Positions 60,619 through 64,000 of a DNA stretch of 64,000 bases are shown here, piece after piece. The DNA comes from Desulfomicrobium sp. (GTDB lineage: Bacteria; Desulfobacterota; Desulfovibrionia; Desulfovibrionales; Desulfomicrobiaceae): contig JAXGMI010000003.1 of the NCBI GenBank assembly GCA_040768745.1, positions 32,001 to 96,000 of the forward strand. The letters are read 5' to 3'. Under the pieces are notes generated by a model, which worked only from the letters and a program-made list of their open reading frames with translations, had not been told where the DNA came from and searched no databases. Made by a program: the position numbers and the translations under genes. Every line of letters begins with the position of its first letter. Positions within the stretch are counted from its first letter, which is position 1.

Positions 60619-62397
60619 ATGGCGCACGACTCCGGTATCCGTCTTCTTCCCCCCGAATTGCAGAACCAGATTGCTGCAGGCGAGGTTGTCGAACGCCCGG
60701 CCAGCGTGCTCAAGGAGCTGATGGAGAACGCCCTCGATGCCGGGGCCACCCGCATCCGTGTCCAGATCAGGGATGGCGGACAATCCTCGGTTGTCATCTC
60801 GGACAACGGGTCGGGCATTCCCGCTGAGCAGCTCGAACTGGCGGTCACCCGCCACGCCACCAGCAAGCTTGAGACCCTGGAGGATCTGCAGACAATCCGG
60901 ACCTTCGGTTTCCGCGGCGAGGCCCTGCCCAGCATCGCCTCTGTCTGTCGCTTCCACCTGGCCTCATCCTCCGGGGAGGACGGGGTCGGAGCCGCGTTGG
61001 AACTGCTCCACGGACGCCTTCTGGGCAGGACCGAGGTGGCCATGCCCCGCGGGACACGGATTGAGGTCAGCGATCTCTTTGCCAATGTCCCGGCCCGGCT
61101 CAAATTCCTGAAACAGCCGGCAACAGAGACGCGCAAATGCACAGACATTTTCGTGCGCATGGCCCTGGCCAATCTGCAGGTCGATTTCGAACTCCTCATC
61201 GGCGACCGCCAGGTCCACCGCTTCCTGGCGGGACAGTCCCTGGCAGACCGCCTCAGGTCCATCTGGCCCGATGGGATCATGGAGTCCGTTCACGACCTGC
61301 AACACACCGAGGGCGGCCTGCAGATCTGTGGGCTTCTGGGGGATCCGGCCACGGCGCAGGCCAGGCCAGACCGCATCCTGATCTATGTCAACCAACGGCC
61401 CGTGCAGGACAAAACCGTGCTGAGCGCTGTGCGGGAAGGATACCGCGGAAAAATCCTGGGCCGGGAGTATCCCCAGGCTGTCATTTTCCTGCATCTCCCC
61501 CTGGACGAGGTGGACGTCAATGTGCACCCGGCCAAGGCAGAGGTCCGCTTCCGGGACGAGGGGGCTGTTTTCCGAGCCGTGCGCAGGGCCGTGACTCAGG
61601 GCCTGGAACGGACCGCTCCGCCGTCCGGGGACCCCTCTCAACCCGGCCAGCCGGTCCGGTATCCGGATCAGTCCCCGGAACCGGCGTTCCCGTCCCCTGC
61701 ATCCCGCCTTATGGAGCAGACTCCGGGACATGCATTCCCTTGGCCCCTGAAATTCGAATCTTCCAGGTCCGCCGAACGCCTCTTTGCCACCCCCCCTGTC
61801 ACGGACCGGGCCGAATCACGCCCCACGCCCCTCCCAGGACCCGAACCCGCTCCACCCTTCCGCTATCTCGGCCAGCTCGCGCGCACATATCTGATCGTTC
61901 TGACCAACGACGAAATCACGATCATTGATCAGCATGCCGCCCACGAGCGGGTGTTGTTTCACATGCTGCAGACCCAGGGGCACAAAGGGGAGCGCCGCCC
62001 TCTGCTCATGGCCCTGGAAATTCCGCTCCATCCCGCCCACTGTTCTGTGCTGCAGGACAGGTGGAGCGAACTGGGCCGGCTGGGCTTCGGCCTCGAACTG
62101 AGCAGTCCGCAGCTTCTTCTGGTCCGGGCCGTGCCGGCGCTGCTCACCCCTGCCGCGGCAAAGGAATTCATGGAGGATGTTCTCCTCAGCAAGGCCAGAT
62201 CCATGGAGGATCTGTGGTCCATCATGGCGTGCAGGGCCGCCCTCAAGGCAGGGGAAGCCATTGCCGCTGACGAGGCCCTGTCCCTTATCGAGGCCTGGCA
62301 GAAGCTGCCGGATCGCGAGCATTGCCCTCATGGCCGCCCCATTGCCCTGCGCTGGGGAGAGCGTGAACTGGAAAAAATGTTCAAACGCCGCACGTGA
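60619..62397 (+). CDS. mutL: DNA mismatch repair protein MutL
   Basis: IAAGEVVERPASVLKELMEN, GFRGEAL, DVNVHPAK, DQHAAHER, CPHGRP. Confidence 0.97.
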   Translation: MAHDSGIRLLPPELQNQIAAGEVVERPASVLKELMENALDAGATRIRVQIRDGGQSSVVISDNGSGIPAEQLELAVTRHATSKLETLEDLQTIRTFGFRGEALPSIASVCRFHLASSSGEDGVGAALELLHGRLLGRTEVAMPRGTRIEVSDLFANVPARLKFLKQPATETRKCTDIFVRMALANLQVDFELLIGDRQVHRFLAGQSLADRLRSIWPDGIMESVHDLQHTEGGLQICGLLGDPATAQARPDRILIYVNQRPVQDKTVLSAVREGYRGKILGREYPQAVIFLHLPLDEVDVNVHPAKAEVRFRDEGAVFRAVRRAVTQGLERTAPPSGDPSQPGQPVRYPDQSPEPAFPSPASRLMEQTPGHAFPWPLKFESSRSAERLFATPPVTDRAESRPTPLPGPEPAPPFRYLGQLARTYLIVLTNDEITIIDQHAAHERVLFHMLQTQGHKGERRPLLMALEIPLHPAHCSVLQDRWSELGRLGFGLELSSPQLLLVRAVPALLTPAAAKEFMEDVLLSKARSMEDLWSIMACRAALKAGEAIAADEALSLIEAWQKLPDREHCPHGRPIALRWGERELEKMFKRRT

Positions 62398-62441
62398 TTT
62401 GTGCGCGCAGGATGCTCAATCGTACTAAACAGGAGGATTCC

Positions 62442-63716
62442 TTGAATATTCTCATCGTCGGTGCCGGAGGACGAGAGCACGCCCTGGCCTGGAAAATCCG
62501 CCAGAGCCCGCTCCTGGACAGACTTTTCATCGCCCCCGGAAACGGGGGCACGGCCCGGATCGGGGTCAATGTCCCTGTCCGGGATGACGACATCCCCGGA
62601 CTGGTGTCCTTTGCCCGGGACAACGGGGTCGACCTCGTGGTCGCCGGTCCGGAGCTGCCCCTGGTCCTGGGCCTGAAGGAAGCCCTGGACGCCGTGCACA
62701 TCCCCTGCTTCGGACCCTGCGCCTTCGCTGCCCAGCTCGAGGGGTCCAAGGCCTTCGCCAAGACCATGATGCGCGAAACAGGCGTGCCCACGGCGGATTT
62801 CCGCGTTTTCGACACCTACGTGGCCGCCCTCGAATATGTCCGGGCCCATGCCCTGCCCGTTGTCATCAAGGCCGACGGCCTGGCTGCAGGCAAGGGCGTC
62901 GTCATCGCCCAGACCCTGGTCGAGGCGGAGGAGGCCCTCAAAAACATGATGCTCGACCGCGCCTTCGGCGATGCCGGACTGACCGTGGTCGTCGAGGAGG
63001 CCCTGGTGGGCGAGGAGGCCTCCTTCCTGGCCTTCTGCGACGGATCGACCGTGGTGCCCATGCCCTCCCTGCAGGACCACAAGCGGGTCGGCGATGGCGA
63101 TACGGGCCCCAACACCGGCGGCATGGGCGCCTACAGCCCGGCCCCGGTCCTTCCTGCGGATCAGTCCACCACCATGGCCGACCTGGCCATCCGTCCCATC
63201 ACCGACCGTCTCGCGGCCATCGGACAGCCCTTCAAGGGCGTGCTCTATGCGGGCCTGATGATGACCGCCAAGGGTCCCATGGTCCTGGAATACAACGTCC
63301 GCTTCGGTGACCCCGAGTGCCAGCCCCTCATGGCCCGCCTCAAGTCGGACCTGGTCGGGATCATGCTCGCCTGCGTGCGCGGCAGCCTCGCTCCCGAACA
63401 GGTTGTCTTCCATCCCGAAACAAGCTGCTGCGTGGTGGTGGCCGCGGGCGGCTATCCGGGCAGCTACCCCAAGGGCATGGTCATCACCGGCATCGACGAG
63501 GCCGAACAGGTCGAAGGAGTGACGGTCTTCCAGGCCGGGACCCAGCTCAAGGACGGGGTGACCGTGACCAGCGGCGGCCGTGTCCTGGGCGTCACGGCCC
63601 TGGGCCGGGATCTGCAGGAGGCCCGCGACCGGGCCTACCGCGGGGTCAGCCGCGTCCACTTCGACAACAGCTACTGCCGCACGGATATCGCCGTGAAAGG
63701 CTTGAGGAGGTCATGA
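62442..63716 (+). CDS. purD: Phosphoribosylamine-glycine ligase
   Basis: G.GGREHAL, EGSKAFAK, KADGLAAGKGV, DTGPNTGGMGAY, RFGDPE; AGGAGG RBS with TTG start. Confidence 0.97.
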   Translation: MNILIVGAGGREHALAWKIRQSPLLDRLFIAPGNGGTARIGVNVPVRDDDIPGLVSFARDNGVDLVVAGPELPLVLGLKEALDAVHIPCFGPCAFAAQLEGSKAFAKTMMRETGVPTADFRVFDTYVAALEYVRAHALPVVIKADGLAAGKGVVIAQTLVEAEEALKNMMLDRAFGDAGLTVVVEEALVGEEASFLAFCDGSTVVPMPSLQDHKRVGDGDTGPNTGGMGAYSPAPVLPADQSTTMADLAIRPITDRLAAIGQPFKGVLYAGLMMTAKGPMVLEYNVRFGDPECQPLMARLKSDLVGIMLACVRGSLAPEQVVFHPETSCCVVVAAGGYPGSYPKGMVITGIDEAEQVEGVTVFQAGTQLKDGVTVTSGGRVLGVTALGRDLQEARDRAYRGVSRVHFDNSYCRTDIAVKGLRRS

Positions 63717-64000
63717 TGGCCCAGGTTGCGATCTTCATGGGCAGCAAATCCGACGAGGCCACGGTCCGCCCCTGTGCGGAAGTGCTCGACAAGCTGGGGG
63801 TGCCCCATGTCTTCACCGTCACTTCCGCCCACCGCACGCCGGAGCGGACGGCCCGGCTGGTGAGCGAACTGGAGGCGGACGGCACCCAGATCTTCATCTG
63901 CGCAGCCGGTCTGGCCGCGCATCTGGCCGGAGCCGTGGCAGCCAAGACCATCCGCCCGGTCCTGGGCATCCCCATCGCGGCCTCGGCCCTGGGCGGGATG
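63716..64000 (+). CDS. purE: N5-CAIR mutase PurE (5' partial; runs off the window)
   Basis: MAQVAIFMGSKSD...SAHRTPER...AAGLAAHLAGAVA; not in the ORF track because it has no stop in the window. Confidence 0.93.
   Translation, partial: MAQVAIFMGSKSDEATVRPCAEVLDKLGVPHVFTVTSAHRTPERTARLVSELEADGTQIFICAAGLAAHLAGAVAAKTIRPVLGIPIAASALGGM

Overview
GC-rich chromosomal segment of a sulfate-reducing Desulfovibrionales bacterium (Desulfomicrobium-like; inferred from the Dsr proteins, not from a database search). Left part (1-31.3 kb): housekeeping and metabolic genes. These include mntP, an aldehyde:ferredoxin oxidoreductase, a PAS/GAF-GGDEF-EAL protein, ydbH-ynbE-ydbL, several transporters, ptb-buk, a HypD-type glycyl radical enzyme with its activase, glnHPQ, bfr, tex and a thioesterase pseudogene. 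Centre (31.5-40.55 kb): a complete chromosomal integron inserted between a DUF1786 gene and clpB. It has an unusually long IntI that appears to carry a duplicated N-terminal core-binding domain, an attI region, and seven cassettes bounded by six complete attC sites plus one truncated attC. The first three cassettes all encode PD-(D/E)xK nuclease-fold proteins: a NucS-like protein interrupted by a 1380-bp IS3-family element with a 5-bp target duplication, a DUF4268 protein, and an EVE-like fusion. They are followed by a methyltransferase, an orphan protein, a self-promoted MazEF toxin-antitoxin pair and DUF202. The array ends in a deletion scar that fuses the last attC to a methyltransferase fragment. 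Right part (40.7-64 kb): clpB-cbpM-cbpA, a contiguous dsr supercluster (dsrT-MKJOP, fdx, three uncharacterised genes, dsrABD-dsrN), lptD, mutL, purD and the start of purE. An ORF-free, GGA-rich, terminator-bounded stretch at about 6.9-7.3 kb is a candidate CsrA-binding sRNA. All calls come from reading the sequence and motif recognition; no searches were run.
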